From positions 128,001 through 192,000 of IMG/VR virus record IMGVR_UViG_3300034069_002177: a stretch of 64,000 bases of DNA. One strand, given 5' to 3'. The stretch is from a virus (lineage: Duplodnaviria > Caudoviricetes). This document shows, one piece after another, positions 28,647-38,630 of this stretch. Position numbers and translations under genes: made by a program. The notes beneath the pieces are model-generated. The model ran no database searches. It saw nothing but the letters and a program-made list of their open reading frames with translations, and was not told where the DNA came from. Positions within the stretch are counted from its first letter, which is position 1. Every line of letters starts with the position of its first letter.

Positions 28647-30380
28647 TTGACCAAATTCGCACTTGACGAAGAATCGCTCGATATCGACGATCAGGATGTC
28701 AACGAAAACGATTACGATGACACCACTAACGCTGATGGCACCACCGCTGTCGATGAGTCTGATTACGATGATGGTGATGACGCCGCTACCCAGAACGTAA
28801 ATGAAGTAGTGGTAGAAATCAAGCCTAAGGTTGTAGAAGTCAAGAATCCTGTCGATACCGTAAAGGCAACCGAACCAGACTCCCCCTACGTCGTACTCTA
28901 CCGCCGATTCCGCCCGCACAAGTTCTCTGAAATCATTGGTCAGGACAGCACGGTAAAGGCACTTCGTTCGGCAGTAATCAATCACAAGGCGGCGAACGTC
29001 TACCTGTTCTCAGGTGAGCGGGGCACGGGAAAGACCACGACCGCCCGCGTTCTAGCTTCGGCATTGAACTGCCCCTTTGTACGCCCCGATGGCGAGCCTT
29101 GCGGGGTATGTGACCTCTGTGTCAATGTTCATGCTGGTAACGGCTCAGACGGCGTTACAGAGCTTGATGCGGCTAGCAATAGCTCGGTGGATGATGCCCG
29201 CCGCATCATCAATGAAATCCAGTTCGCTCATGGCTCCAAGAAGAACATCTACATCATTGATGAGGTACACCTTCTTTCCAAGCAGGCGAACGGAACGCTG
29301 CTGAAGACCCTCGAAGAGCCTCCTGCTAATGTCATCTTCATCCTGTGCACAACAAACCCCGAGCGTCTCGAACCGGCTGTTCGTTCCCGTGCTACCGCGT
29401 TCTCCTTCCACGAACTCGATGACACAACCATGCAGGGTCTCATCAAAGAGGTTGCTGCGGAAGCTGGCATCGAGGTAACGGACGAACAGATTGCGGGAGT
29501 TGTTCGTCGTGGACGAGGTTCGGCACGTGATGCCCTGAGTGCACTCGAAAGTCTTTCTCTGAACACCGATGTAGTCGTCGAGTACGACAACCATGCTTCG
29601 GCAATCACCAAGGCTGTCGGAGACAAGAGCGTATCTGACATCATCATCGCAGTAGCCAAGGCAATCGATGGCGGTCTTAGCGTCAGTGAGATCGCTACCT
29701 CTCTGCTTGCTTATTGGCGTTCGATGATTCTTGTTCTGAATGCGCCCGAGATTGTCAAGCTGACCGATGCAGAGTTCGATTCGGTTCTCGACGTTGCTGA
29801 GAAAATGGGTACTGACAAAACAATCCACATGCTTCGTAAGTTAGGTGAAGCTCATGGCTCTTTGCTACAAGGAGATCCGCGAGTCATGATCGAAACCACG
29901 CTGATTCAGTTTGTTCTTCCGCACAATGATGCCGCCGCACTGCGCGACTTGAACCAGAAACTTGATTCGGTTGCTGGCGATGTGAGCGAGTTGCGTAAAC
30001 GTCCCGCTAGTTCACCTTTCAATTCTGAGCCAGGTACGAAAAAAGACAATTGGCTTGATGATTCGGAACCTAAAAAGGACACCAAGAAGGCAGATTCGGT
30101 AGTAGAGAATCCAGCAACTAAACCAGAAGAAAAGACGGCGGTAGCTGCGAGTTCTATCGAAATCATTTCTGACCCAGATGACCTTATCGATGCAATCTTC
30201 GAGAACGTTCCTAAGAAGGTACAGCTTTCACTTTCTGAGTTGGAAGTCGATACGAAGAATACGACTAGGAAACTTCTTGTTCTGAAGAGTCACAAGGGAA
30301 TTACGGATGACGAATTTGAACTACTTGAAAAGGCAGTCGCCAAGGTTGATCCCCGCGAATTTGATTTGGATGAAGACTAG
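28647..30380 (+). CDS. dnaX: DNA polymerase III clamp-loader subunit gamma/tau
   Basis: LYRRFRPHKFSEIIGQ, GERGTGKTT, Zn Cys cluster, ELDAAS, IDEVHLLS, LLKTLEEPP. Confidence 0.92.
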   Translation: MTKFALDEESLDIDDQDVNENDYDDTTNADGTTAVDESDYDDGDDAATQNVNEVVVEIKPKVVEVKNPVDTVKATEPDSPYVVLYRRFRPHKFSEIIGQDSTVKALRSAVINHKAANVYLFSGERGTGKTTTARVLASALNCPFVRPDGEPCGVCDLCVNVHAGNGSDGVTELDAASNSSVDDARRIINEIQFAHGSKKNIYIIDEVHLLSKQANGTLLKTLEEPPANVIFILCTTNPERLEPAVRSRATAFSFHELDDTTMQGLIKEVAAEAGIEVTDEQIAGVVRRGRGSARDALSALESLSLNTDVVVEYDNHASAITKAVGDKSVSDIIIAVAKAIDGGLSVSEIATSLLAYWRSMILVLNAPEIVKLTDAEFDSVLDVAEKMGTDKTIHMLRKLGEAHGSLLQGDPRVMIETTLIQFVLPHNDAAALRDLNQKLDSVAGDVSELRKRPASSPFNSEPGTKKDNWLDDSEPKKDTKKADSVVENPATKPEEKTAVAASSIEIISDPDDLIDAIFENVPKKVQLSLSELEVDTKNTTRKLLVLKSHKGITDDEFELLEKAVAKVDPREFDLDED

Positions 30381-30463
30381 GGCGATACGAACCTCCGATA
30401 ATGGGGTTCAAGTTAGTCTAACGAAGTATGATGGTCGCAAGAACAAACATTTGAGGGGTTTCA

Positions 30464-31603
30464 TTGGTTACGTCGCTTTCCCGTGAGGACAGAATTCTTG
30501 GCAGCGTTAAGCCATTCCGGTTGTCTAGCGCTACAGAGATAGCAACACTTAGACGAGTATTCTCGCGTATTTCCGGTCTGAGCGTTGGTCAGTTCTCTGA
30601 GAACGGTTTTGGATTCCCATTCATTCCGTTCCCTGAGATTGATCCAACCAACCCCGACAAGACGAAGCTATCTCCAGCTAACACCGCCGAGCGTTTCCTC
30701 TTCCACCCCATTTATTGGATTGACCCTCGCCTCACCGCGCCAACGCAGACGGAACTTACCGATCCTGCTCGGTGGTCGATTCGAATGTTCTACGAGCTTC
30801 TTTCGTTTGGGCTTCTCAACCCTGAGACCCTACAGTGGCTAAACCCCGCTGTGGTCAAGGGTGTTAGCTGGACTCCTGCCGACATTAATAGCCTTCTGAA
30901 TGATGCCCCTTCTATCTTGGATGATGTCATTTTCCGCGACGGCGATAGACTTCCCGGCTACTCGTCATCTGATGTTCTTGAGGCATCTGATACTGCATTC
31001 GAGCGAATTCGCGCCATTCAGCAGCGTGAGATTACGCGCATCCGCTCGCTTCGTAAGGTGGCAATGGATGATTCAAACTTGATTCTTAGTGGTCAGGATA
31101 TTTGGACTCGTTTGTTCCCCCGTTTCGAGAAAGTTGCTCGTGAGATTGATGAGGCTCGCCAACAAGGTATGCCTCTATCCAGCTTCCTCGATGAGATCTA
31201 CTCAGTAAAGACCGACATTGCTCGATACCTCGCTTCTGCTGATGACGCGATTATGGGTTTGACTTACGACATCGCTGATCAGGTTTCGTTCTCCAACGAC
31301 GCGGTAATGCGCTTCGCTGCGATCTCGGCACTCGTGAAGCGCGGTCGTGGACTCATCTCTCGCGCCGAAGCAGAAATGGATGAGCAACTAAACGCTATCT
31401 TCAGCGGCACCAACGTATCCGCCATGAGAATGGTTGAGATGGTTTCGAGAATGTACGCCGATATGATTGATAGACTATCGCTCGCGTACCGTAACAACGA
31501 ACTTGCCACACGCGGCGAGCGAGTCATTCGAAGTATTGATGAACAGATGTTCGACGAGACGCAGAGGACTCAGCAGGCAAGCGATAGCGATTTCCAGTTC
31601 TAG
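30464..31603 (+). CDS. Hypothetical protein upstream of coupling protein
   Basis: 379-aa ORF, TTG start with RBS GAGGGG; helical C-terminus. Confidence 0.65.
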   Translation: MVTSLSREDRILGSVKPFRLSSATEIATLRRVFSRISGLSVGQFSENGFGFPFIPFPEIDPTNPDKTKLSPANTAERFLFHPIYWIDPRLTAPTQTELTDPARWSIRMFYELLSFGLLNPETLQWLNPAVVKGVSWTPADINSLLNDAPSILDDVIFRDGDRLPGYSSSDVLEASDTAFERIRAIQQREITRIRSLRKVAMDDSNLILSGQDIWTRLFPRFEKVAREIDEARQQGMPLSSFLDEIYSVKTDIARYLASADDAIMGLTYDIADQVSFSNDAVMRFAAISALVKRGRGLISRAEAEMDEQLNAIFSGTNVSAMRMVEMVSRMYADMIDRLSLAYRNNELATRGERVIRSIDEQMFDETQRTQQASDSDFQF

Positions 31604-31636
31604 CATTCGTAGCGGTTTCCTCTATAACAAGGAGGA

Positions 31637-34402
31637 ATGTTGAACTACTTTCTAATCGCCCTGGTGGCTATTATTGTCCTGCCCTTGCTCATCGGAGCGA
31701 TTGCAACCAGCGGTAAGTATGTCATTCGCGAACACGCGCGTGTCAGGCGTGGTCACATCGTCGGAGACCTCATCTGGAATGAAATCGAGTATGAAGGCAA
31801 CTTCCGTAAATTCGAGGGTGCGAATGATTCTATTCACACGGGAGATCTCGTCGGTCTGGTTACATTGGCTGAATCCATTCGTTCTTCTTTTCCGCATAAA
31901 GACCGTGGAGTCATCTCTTACGTTTGGTCACGTTCATCTGACACGTCCATTCACCTCTACTTGGGAGTGACAACTGAGCACTATGGTGATGGCTCACAGG
32001 TTCGTATTGCCGCGCAGTCTGTAGGAGCGCATGCAACTCGACTCGAACAGCAGCCGTACATTCCCGTTCAGGACATCTCTATCGCAATGCGTGGAAAGTC
32101 CTCTCCGCTACAGGCAACAAGCCCTGTCAAAGAGGGCGGTTCGGTAGCCAAGGCTCTTTCGACGGTGCTGGAAAAACTAGACAAGAACATTGCTGCGTCA
32201 TTCGTTGTTACGACCGAGTTCATGACAGATGGTGAGAAGCGCCAGCTTGCCGGATTCATCACGGCAGACAACATCGCCTCTGGTGGTGATGCCATGCAGT
32301 ACGGTATGGGTGTTCAAACTCAGACGATGAGCAATCAGCCCATCCGCTCTACAATCGTAGCCTCTACTTCCGAGCCAGCACAGGGCAAGCGCTCTTTGTC
32401 TTCAGTGCTTCTTAGTAGCGCCGTGAACTCTATCGCTACTTCTGGGTGGCAACATGATGTGCGACCTTTCTCCGCTGCTTCTGTGGGGCGCAATGGTGTC
32501 GTTCTTTCTGTGATCGGGGCGTTGTTCTCGATTCTTTTCACTGTCGTTCATGCTGTGCCTATCTTCATTGGTATTCCTCTAATCCTTGCTTCCCTGGCAA
32601 CCGGTTGGTTTGCCCTCGTCAAGGCGAGCCCAATGTCATTGGAGGCTGTGAGAAACAGACTTCTTCAAGGTGAGTTCAATGTGCCACCATACGTATTTTG
32701 GTTGTGGAACCCTCGCTGGATTTTCGAGAGCCGTACGCTCGGTCTTCGTTACGGCGGTAACTCTGTGCAACAGCACGAGGCTTCCCCTTCAACCAAGCGA
32801 GTCAACTACCTCAGCCCAATAGCGTTGTTTGAAATCCTGAGCTTCCCACCGTCATTCAGTCGTGGCGGTGGTGATGTTCACGCCGGAGAATCACTTTCTC
32901 GCGGAATTCCAAACTACATGGTTGATACCGAGTTCCCCATTTACTATGGTCAGAGCGGCTCTGGTCAGTTCGTTTCGCTTGATATCAAAGATTTGCACTA
33001 CTCGTTGTACACGGCTGGTGCACCTAACTCGGGTAAGACAAACTTCCTCCAAGTTATCTACGCGGGCGTTGTGAAGGCTTGCCTTGAACACACTAATGGA
33101 TTGCAGATTACTCCTATCTGGGCTGAGACTAAGGGTGAGGGTGCAGCGGATGCATGGGAGATTGCCCGTAAGCACAATCGCGCCGTATTCATCGAGGCTC
33201 ACAACCCCGCATCAAAATACCGGCTCTCATTAGAAGGTCGTCGTCTTTCTGAGGGTGCTTCTGTTCCCGAGGTCAAGGCGAACATCGACGTGCTTGTTTC
33301 CGGTATGCAGTTCGCATATGGTGATGGCATCCGTGCAGCTTCTCGTGAGGTATTGCTGAATTCACTGCTTATCTCGATGTTGATGAATCGTAACGATTTC
33401 GAATATCTCGGTATGGAGCGGTACGTCAATGCGGACAAGCCGAACATCATCGAAAGCGCTCGCATCATCCTGAATGGTGAATCTACCATTGACGTAGGAG
33501 AGAAGATTCTTCAGCTTCAAGAAGAGATGCGCGTTCGCGGAACTAACGATGCCCGCGAAGTTGCATTGCAGTCGGCAATCGGTCAACTCAGTCGATTCTT
33601 CGACCCTACTCTGCGGCGGTCTTCTCAGAGCGGTACCGTGCTTGGTCCCGCACTGAACAAGATTTCGTCCATGATGGAAGCTGACGTGTTGTGGTCACCT
33701 GATGAGCGTCCGGCTATCGCTGTGTCACAATTCCCGTTCCATTTCGCTCCCATCGTCCTGAACATGGGTCCGTTCAAGCTTCCTGACGGGAACTACAACT
33801 CGACCGTTGGTTCCGCCGCTGCTCAGAAGTTGTTGTTGGTTACCAATTACATCCTCTGGAACACCATCAAGGCACGCTGCTCGGGGTGGCAAGCACAAGG
33901 CAAGCGTATTCCGATGTTCTTCGACGAAGTGAAAGACGTTGCTGTTGACTCATCGAATGATGACGTAGCAAACGTTATTGCCGAGGCTGGTAAAGAGGGT
34001 CGTTCGCGTGGAGCTTCTTACTTCCTAGGCTCACAGTCTCCTTCTCAGTTGCCTTTCCAGGCAAAGAGCGCAGTGCTAAGTAGCCGTACTAAGTTCTGGT
34101 TCAACCTTCACGAATCGAACGATCTCCGCACCGCCATTGCCGAAGTGTCTTCTGCGTCGGAAGAACAGGACATCTACAAAACCAATGACATTCACAGCCT
34201 TCCTAATGGTACTGCTGTCGGGGTCATGCAGCGCGGTGATAAGCCAACTCCACCATTTACACTCCGAGTGCCCTTGGCTACAAAATGGGCAAGTTTCCTG
34301 TTGCGTCCAAATACTTCCGTTTCTGATGCAATCGTGGAATACTACGAGTGGCAGGAGCGCGATAGACGGGCAAAGCTAACAGGTGGTCAGGGTGCTCAGT
34401 AA
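31637..34402 (+). CDS. VirD4/TraD-like coupling ATPase with N-terminal TM segments
   Basis: Walker A GAPNSGKT, Walker B MFFDEVKD, EGRSRGASYFLGSQSPSQL; adjacent to relaxase-like gene. Confidence 0.75.
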   Translation: MLNYFLIALVAIIVLPLLIGAIATSGKYVIREHARVRRGHIVGDLIWNEIEYEGNFRKFEGANDSIHTGDLVGLVTLAESIRSSFPHKDRGVISYVWSRSSDTSIHLYLGVTTEHYGDGSQVRIAAQSVGAHATRLEQQPYIPVQDISIAMRGKSSPLQATSPVKEGGSVAKALSTVLEKLDKNIAASFVVTTEFMTDGEKRQLAGFITADNIASGGDAMQYGMGVQTQTMSNQPIRSTIVASTSEPAQGKRSLSSVLLSSAVNSIATSGWQHDVRPFSAASVGRNGVVLSVIGALFSILFTVVHAVPIFIGIPLILASLATGWFALVKASPMSLEAVRNRLLQGEFNVPPYVFWLWNPRWIFESRTLGLRYGGNSVQQHEASPSTKRVNYLSPIALFEILSFPPSFSRGGGDVHAGESLSRGIPNYMVDTEFPIYYGQSGSGQFVSLDIKDLHYSLYTAGAPNSGKTNFLQVIYAGVVKACLEHTNGLQITPIWAETKGEGAADAWEIARKHNRAVFIEAHNPASKYRLSLEGRRLSEGASVPEVKANIDVLVSGMQFAYGDGIRAASREVLLNSLLISMLMNRNDFEYLGMERYVNADKPNIIESARIILNGESTIDVGEKILQLQEEMRVRGTNDAREVALQSAIGQLSRFFDPTLRRSSQSGTVLGPALNKISSMMEADVLWSPDERPAIAVSQFPFHFAPIVLNMGPFKLPDGNYNSTVGSAAAQKLLLVTNYILWNTIKARCSGWQAQGKRIPMFFDEVKDVAVDSSNDDVANVIAEAGKEGRSRGASYFLGSQSPSQLPFQAKSAVLSSRTKFWFNLHESNDLRTAIAEVSSASEEQDIYKTNDIHSLPNGTAVGVMQRGDKPTPPFTLRVPLATKWASFLLRPNTSVSDAIVEYYEWQERDRRAKLTGGQGAQ

Positions 34403-35636
34403 CCTCGCGGGTGAAGCGAAGAAGGCGGATGTAAGTCCGGTCTATCAAACGCGACGGAAAACGTTAGGGATGGTAGACCGATTAGATCCTTTCTACGAAG
34501 TGGAATGGATTGATGCGCTGGCGACGAAATGGTCTGTCGTATCAGCTACCAAGCTCTCGTACAACGTAGACAATCTGGGAACCATCTACCAAAGCAGCGA
34601 AAAGGTCTTTGCTCCTATTGATGCCGCTGAGAAGAAAGTATATACCTCTGTGGGTATACGATGTGTTGCATCATTGGCGCAATTTCATCAACTCACAACA
34701 TTCCAGTTGGCTTCACTACTTGATGTCAAGGCAGAAGCTATCAACAGGGCTCTCACCGATCTTTATTCCTATGGTGTTGTCGAAAATGCCGTGCCCGCGT
34801 GGTCCAAGAATCCCACTCCTGGTCGGGATAAAAGCGGTAGTGGTTATCTCTGGCGACTCTCTAACGTGTCTGAGCGTTTAGAGCTATGGATGTCCAGACT
34901 GACAGAACTTGAAGCGAAGCTCATAGCTCAGGGTCGTGATATAGCAGTGGGCACCAATAGCTCTCGAAGCGGTTCGTCTATTCGCCACAACCTTGCCGCC
35001 AGCGAGCTAGTTCTTCGAGCAATGGAATCATGTCCCGCAGTTGTTGGTGCATGGGGAGAAACGGCAACTCTAGGTTCGCTATTCCTCAGTGAGGACATCA
35101 AGAAACAGCATGATCTTCGAGAGAATATCGGTGATGCCGCCATTGTCACTAAAGATGGTGGAATCATCATCTTTGAGACGAGCGGTGCAACCAACCTCGA
35201 TGACAAGGGTGGCGACAAACTTGAGAGCAAGGCTGCTGCATGGGCTTCTATTGCCGCACTGAGTGACATGGATATCAAGATCGTTTTCGTCAATATCAAT
35301 GCGGGTGCTCGAATGAACAGATTCGAGTGGAGAGTGATTCAGGGCTTGAACAAAATTGGTAAGTACATCACTAATACTGCGTTGCAGAAGAAAGGTGTGG
35401 AGGCTGTTTTCACCGCTAACGCCTACGACTGGTTCCCGATGCCTTTGACGGTATCGAAGGGGTTCGCATCTCTTCAGGTTTATCACCCCAAAGCGAAACG
35501 TTACTACGACCTAGCTCCCGCTCGTACTCAGTTTGATGTCGAATCAGATGCTATGGTAAACACCGTCGCAGCACTACATACGCCCAATTGGGTGCTACGT
35601 CGCGTTGTAAGCTCTTTGAACACCACAAACAAGTAA
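34383..35636 (+). CDS. Replic_Relax/MOBC-like relaxase candidate (wHTH plus PD-(D/E)XK-like)
   Basis: QLTTFQLASLL..AINRALTDL (wHTH), IRHNLAASELVL, GDAAIVT..GIIIFETSG, KLESK; overlaps coupling-protein stop. Confidence 0.55.
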   Translation: MVRVLSNLAGEAKKADVSPVYQTRRKTLGMVDRLDPFYEVEWIDALATKWSVVSATKLSYNVDNLGTIYQSSEKVFAPIDAAEKKVYTSVGIRCVASLAQFHQLTTFQLASLLDVKAEAINRALTDLYSYGVVENAVPAWSKNPTPGRDKSGSGYLWRLSNVSERLELWMSRLTELEAKLIAQGRDIAVGTNSSRSGSSIRHNLAASELVLRAMESCPAVVGAWGETATLGSLFLSEDIKKQHDLRENIGDAAIVTKDGGIIIFETSGATNLDDKGGDKLESKAAAWASIAALSDMDIKIVFVNINAGARMNRFEWRVIQGLNKIGKYITNTALQKKGVEAVFTANAYDWFPMPLTVSKGFASLQVYHPKAKRYYDLAPARTQFDVESDAMVNTVAALHTPNWVLRRVVSSLNTTNK

Positions 35637-35649
35637 GGATGAGTCTCTG

Positions 35650-37704
35650 ATGCTAATAGCTCCAGAAGAGGGATTCCCGTGGAACAAAGTCAATGCCGCT
35701 AAGAGGTATCTAACAACAATCAAGCCGTGGTGGGGCAGATTCCTTGACGAGTTTGTCATTGTACCGGTCGAGGTGATGCCTGATTTCGATGGTGTGCTTC
35801 CTTATGGATCTACGACAGCAACAGACCGCGACTTTCGCATCTACATCGACCGCCTTTTTGCGCTAAGCGTCCCCCTGCATTACCTTGCGGGCGCTATTGA
35901 ACATGAGTTGCAGCGGCACACCAGAGATAGCTGGCAACGGTTCAAGTTCTTGAAGGATGAAGCTTGGCGTGAAGAGGCAGTACCCGCCCTCGATTTGGAA
36001 ATCAACAGCACTATCGACCGTGAACAGAAGAATCTGTCAATGGGGATGGTGTGGGGTATCTGCAATGACTCTGCATTGTTCACTGCGCGCGATTTAGAAT
36101 ACTGGAACGTCACAGCACCTCCAGGTTTCGATGATGATGGCTGGATCCCACGTGTTCTCGGCATGGAAGACGGGCTGAGCGCCGAACAGTACCACCAAGT
36201 CATCAAGAAGCTCATGGAAGAGCCGCCACCGCCTGAGGAAGACGAGGGTGATACATCCGACAGTGACGATGAAGAAGCCGAAGATGACGCAGAAGGTGAC
36301 GAAGACAGCCAGGATGAAGCGCAATCCGACAACGGTCAGAGCGAAGAGTCAGAAGAATCGGAAGATGCCGAGCGTGACGAAAACGGCGAAGAGTCAGAAG
36401 ATGAAGATTCCGAATCATCTGACTCCAATGAAGAAGATGACGGTGATGATCAAGAAGGCGAGGGCGAAGGAGATCAAGAGTCCGATGACGAGCAAGAGGG
36501 TGACGGTTCATCAGAAGACGGCGATGCAAAGGGCTCTTCCGAAGGTTTAGACAACGAAGGCGGCTCGGGAGATGGAGACTCCGAAGAAGGGGATGAAAGT
36601 TCTTCCGAGTCAGAGTCCTCAGAATCAAATAACGATTCTCAAGAAAGCCAAGATGGGGAGCCTTCTGATTCTGAGTCAAGTAGTGAATCATCAGGAAATG
36701 GACCGAAAAGTAACGGTCAGGGCGGCGAAGGATCAGGAAACTCATCCCAGTCGAATAACTCCGAACCGAAAGATCCCTCAGAGATGTCTGACTGGGATAA
36801 GGCAGAGGCTGTACGTGAACTACAGAACTCTGAGCTTGGTCAGATGTGGCAAAACTCCATCGAAAACCCGACCGATCCGATTGATCATCCTGCATGGAAA
36901 CCTAGCGATAATTTGCCGGAGTACGAGCTACCGGACAAACCTTCGCAGGGTGAAATGAGTGCTGCATTCGAGAAGCTGAGCGAAGATATCGGTGAGTTCA
37001 GTGAAGAAATGGGAGACCTTTACCCAGAGGGAATGAATGTTGGTGACGAAGCCGGTAACGCGTTGATGGCATGGCGCGAGAATTACCGTAAAGCTCGGGG
37101 CTTGAACTGGGACAGACACTTCATGAAACTTGCTAACGCGATGCTGAGCAGTACGCAAATCAAAGGTCAGTCCGACCTTTCATACTCGGTGCGGAATCCA
37201 AACCAATCCGCAATTGGTCCTATCCTGCAAGGTCTACTTTCGTATTCGCCAACTATCTATGTTCTTCAAGACGTATCCGGTTCGATGCATGCTGGCAAAA
37301 TGGCTAGGTCCATGTCGGTATTTACCGATCTCTGCAAGAAGGTATTGGCTAACTACGGCGATAAGGTGACATGGTTCTCTGCCGATACGGCGTTACGTGA
37401 TGTTGGTACTACATCACGTTGGAATGAGGATGTGCGTCAAGCGTGGTCATATGGTTTTGGTGGTACGCAAGGTTTCGGTGAAATCATCGATGTGATGATG
37501 CGTGGCAAGTTGGTATACAAGGGGAAGAAGTACAAAAAGCCTGATCTCGTAATCACCTCTACTGATTGTTGCTTCCCGTGGGTAGAAGAACGTCCTCGGT
37601 CCGCCGCTAAACTACTCATCGTCAACGTCGGTACAGAGCAGGACGCGGAAATGTGGGTACCCGAATGGGTGAACAGGCGTAAGGAATTTGTCCAGGTTGA
37701 TTAA
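35650..37704 (+). CDS. Second DUF2201-type peptidase-like/vWA protein with long acidic linker
   Basis: TATDRDFRIYID, HELQRH (atypical zinc motif), D/E/S/G linker, MIDAS DVSGS, GFGGT, STD. Confidence 0.75.
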   Translation: MLIAPEEGFPWNKVNAAKRYLTTIKPWWGRFLDEFVIVPVEVMPDFDGVLPYGSTTATDRDFRIYIDRLFALSVPLHYLAGAIEHELQRHTRDSWQRFKFLKDEAWREEAVPALDLEINSTIDREQKNLSMGMVWGICNDSALFTARDLEYWNVTAPPGFDDDGWIPRVLGMEDGLSAEQYHQVIKKLMEEPPPPEEDEGDTSDSDDEEAEDDAEGDEDSQDEAQSDNGQSEESEESEDAERDENGEESEDEDSESSDSNEEDDGDDQEGEGEGDQESDDEQEGDGSSEDGDAKGSSEGLDNEGGSGDGDSEEGDESSSESESSESNNDSQESQDGEPSDSESSSESSGNGPKSNGQGGEGSGNSSQSNNSEPKDPSEMSDWDKAEAVRELQNSELGQMWQNSIENPTDPIDHPAWKPSDNLPEYELPDKPSQGEMSAAFEKLSEDIGEFSEEMGDLYPEGMNVGDEAGNALMAWRENYRKARGLNWDRHFMKLANAMLSSTQIKGQSDLSYSVRNPNQSAIGPILQGLLSYSPTIYVLQDVSGSMHAGKMARSMSVFTDLCKKVLANYGDKVTWFSADTALRDVGTTSRWNEDVRQAWSYGFGGTQGFGEIIDVMMRGKLVYKGKKYKKPDLVITSTDCCFPWVEERPRSAAKLLIVNVGTEQDAEMWVPEWVNRRKEFVQVD

Positions 37705-37725
37705 TGAGATTGCTCATGCTAATCT
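37697..37725 (+). promoter_or_regulatory. sigmaA promoter TTGATT-17-TAATCT (extended -10 TGC)
   Basis: Upstream of the 37750/DnaC-like pair. Confidence 0.6.
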
Positions 37726-37749
37726 CTCGAACCTAGATTGGTGGTGGAA

Positions 37750-38628
37750 ATGACTTCGTTGGTATTGTTCGACGACTGGGAGGGTGATGGAGAAATCACT
37801 CATTCCTCATCCTCAAAAGACGCTGCTGCAAAAATCATCACCAGATTGTGGAAACTGTGGTGCACGAGGACTCAGCGTGAGGATGGCAAGTCTGCTCATA
37901 AGGATTTCTCAAAGGCGGTTCGTAAAGTAGTTCTGGAAGGAATGAGTGAGCAAGAAATAGAGCGCATTCTTGAAGGTGCTGCTCGTACCGAACCAAGGAA
38001 TCGCGACCCTCACGACATTCGACGACTTACCACCGCGATTACTAATCCAAAGACCCGAAAGTTCGCATTGGCTGCATTGGATGAAAACGCTCCAATCCAA
38101 CCCAATCCCGCTCATCGGCAAATGATGACGATGACTGAGGTCGAAAACGTCCTCGAAACCAACCGGGAGGATTGGGGTGAGGAAGACATCGAATCTGCGG
38201 TGACGCTCACCGAGCGATATGACGCCGACACCCTTATCGAGGTTGCTGACAAGGTAGCGCTCATCGTTGGGCAGGATGCATTGTTCCCTTCTGAGATTTT
38301 GCGTCATGCTCGAAAGGTCGAAAGTGGCGTTTCTAAGGTCAAGCGCAACGACCGCCGAAATTCCTATGCCGCAGGAGCTATGGAGTCTGCACGAGACGAA
38401 GACATTGATTTCTATGCGGACAAAGCAGCCGATACCGCCTTCAACAAAGGTGTCGGTATCAACAAGATTCTCGCGTTCCACAACCTTGCTCCTAAGGGAT
38501 ATTGGGATGAAGTATCAAATCTTCGTAGGGCTAGCAAAATGCCGCACAATGACATATACTCGTCACTACAAAACAAGTTCGATTGGCACCCAGACAGCCG
38601 AGAATCTATTACCAAGGGCAAGAGGTGA
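37750..38628 (+). CDS. Hypothetical protein, possible replication initiator/helicase-loader partner
   Basis: Directly upstream of and coupled to DnaC-like gene; no diagnostic motif. Confidence 0.5.
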   Translation: MTSLVLFDDWEGDGEITHSSSSKDAAAKIITRLWKLWCTRTQREDGKSAHKDFSKAVRKVVLEGMSEQEIERILEGAARTEPRNRDPHDIRRLTTAITNPKTRKFALAALDENAPIQPNPAHRQMMTMTEVENVLETNREDWGEEDIESAVTLTERYDADTLIEVADKVALIVGQDALFPSEILRHARKVESGVSKVKRNDRRNSYAAGAMESARDEDIDFYADKAADTAFNKGVGINKILAFHNLAPKGYWDEVSNLRRASKMPHNDIYSSLQNKFDWHPDSRESITKGKR

Positions 38629-38630
38629 AC

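Larger units (their letters stand above)
17049..35636 (+). mobile_element. Gram-positive type IV conjugation module, interrupted by dnaX
   Basis: VirB8-like, VirB4, MinD/CpaE-like, pilin-like, VirB3-like, VirB6-like, VirD4-like and relaxase-like genes, all co-oriented. Confidence 0.7.

Noticed and set aside
37750-38628. Iteron repeats inside the putative initiator (lambda O-like origin)
   Set aside because: No direct repeats found by eye
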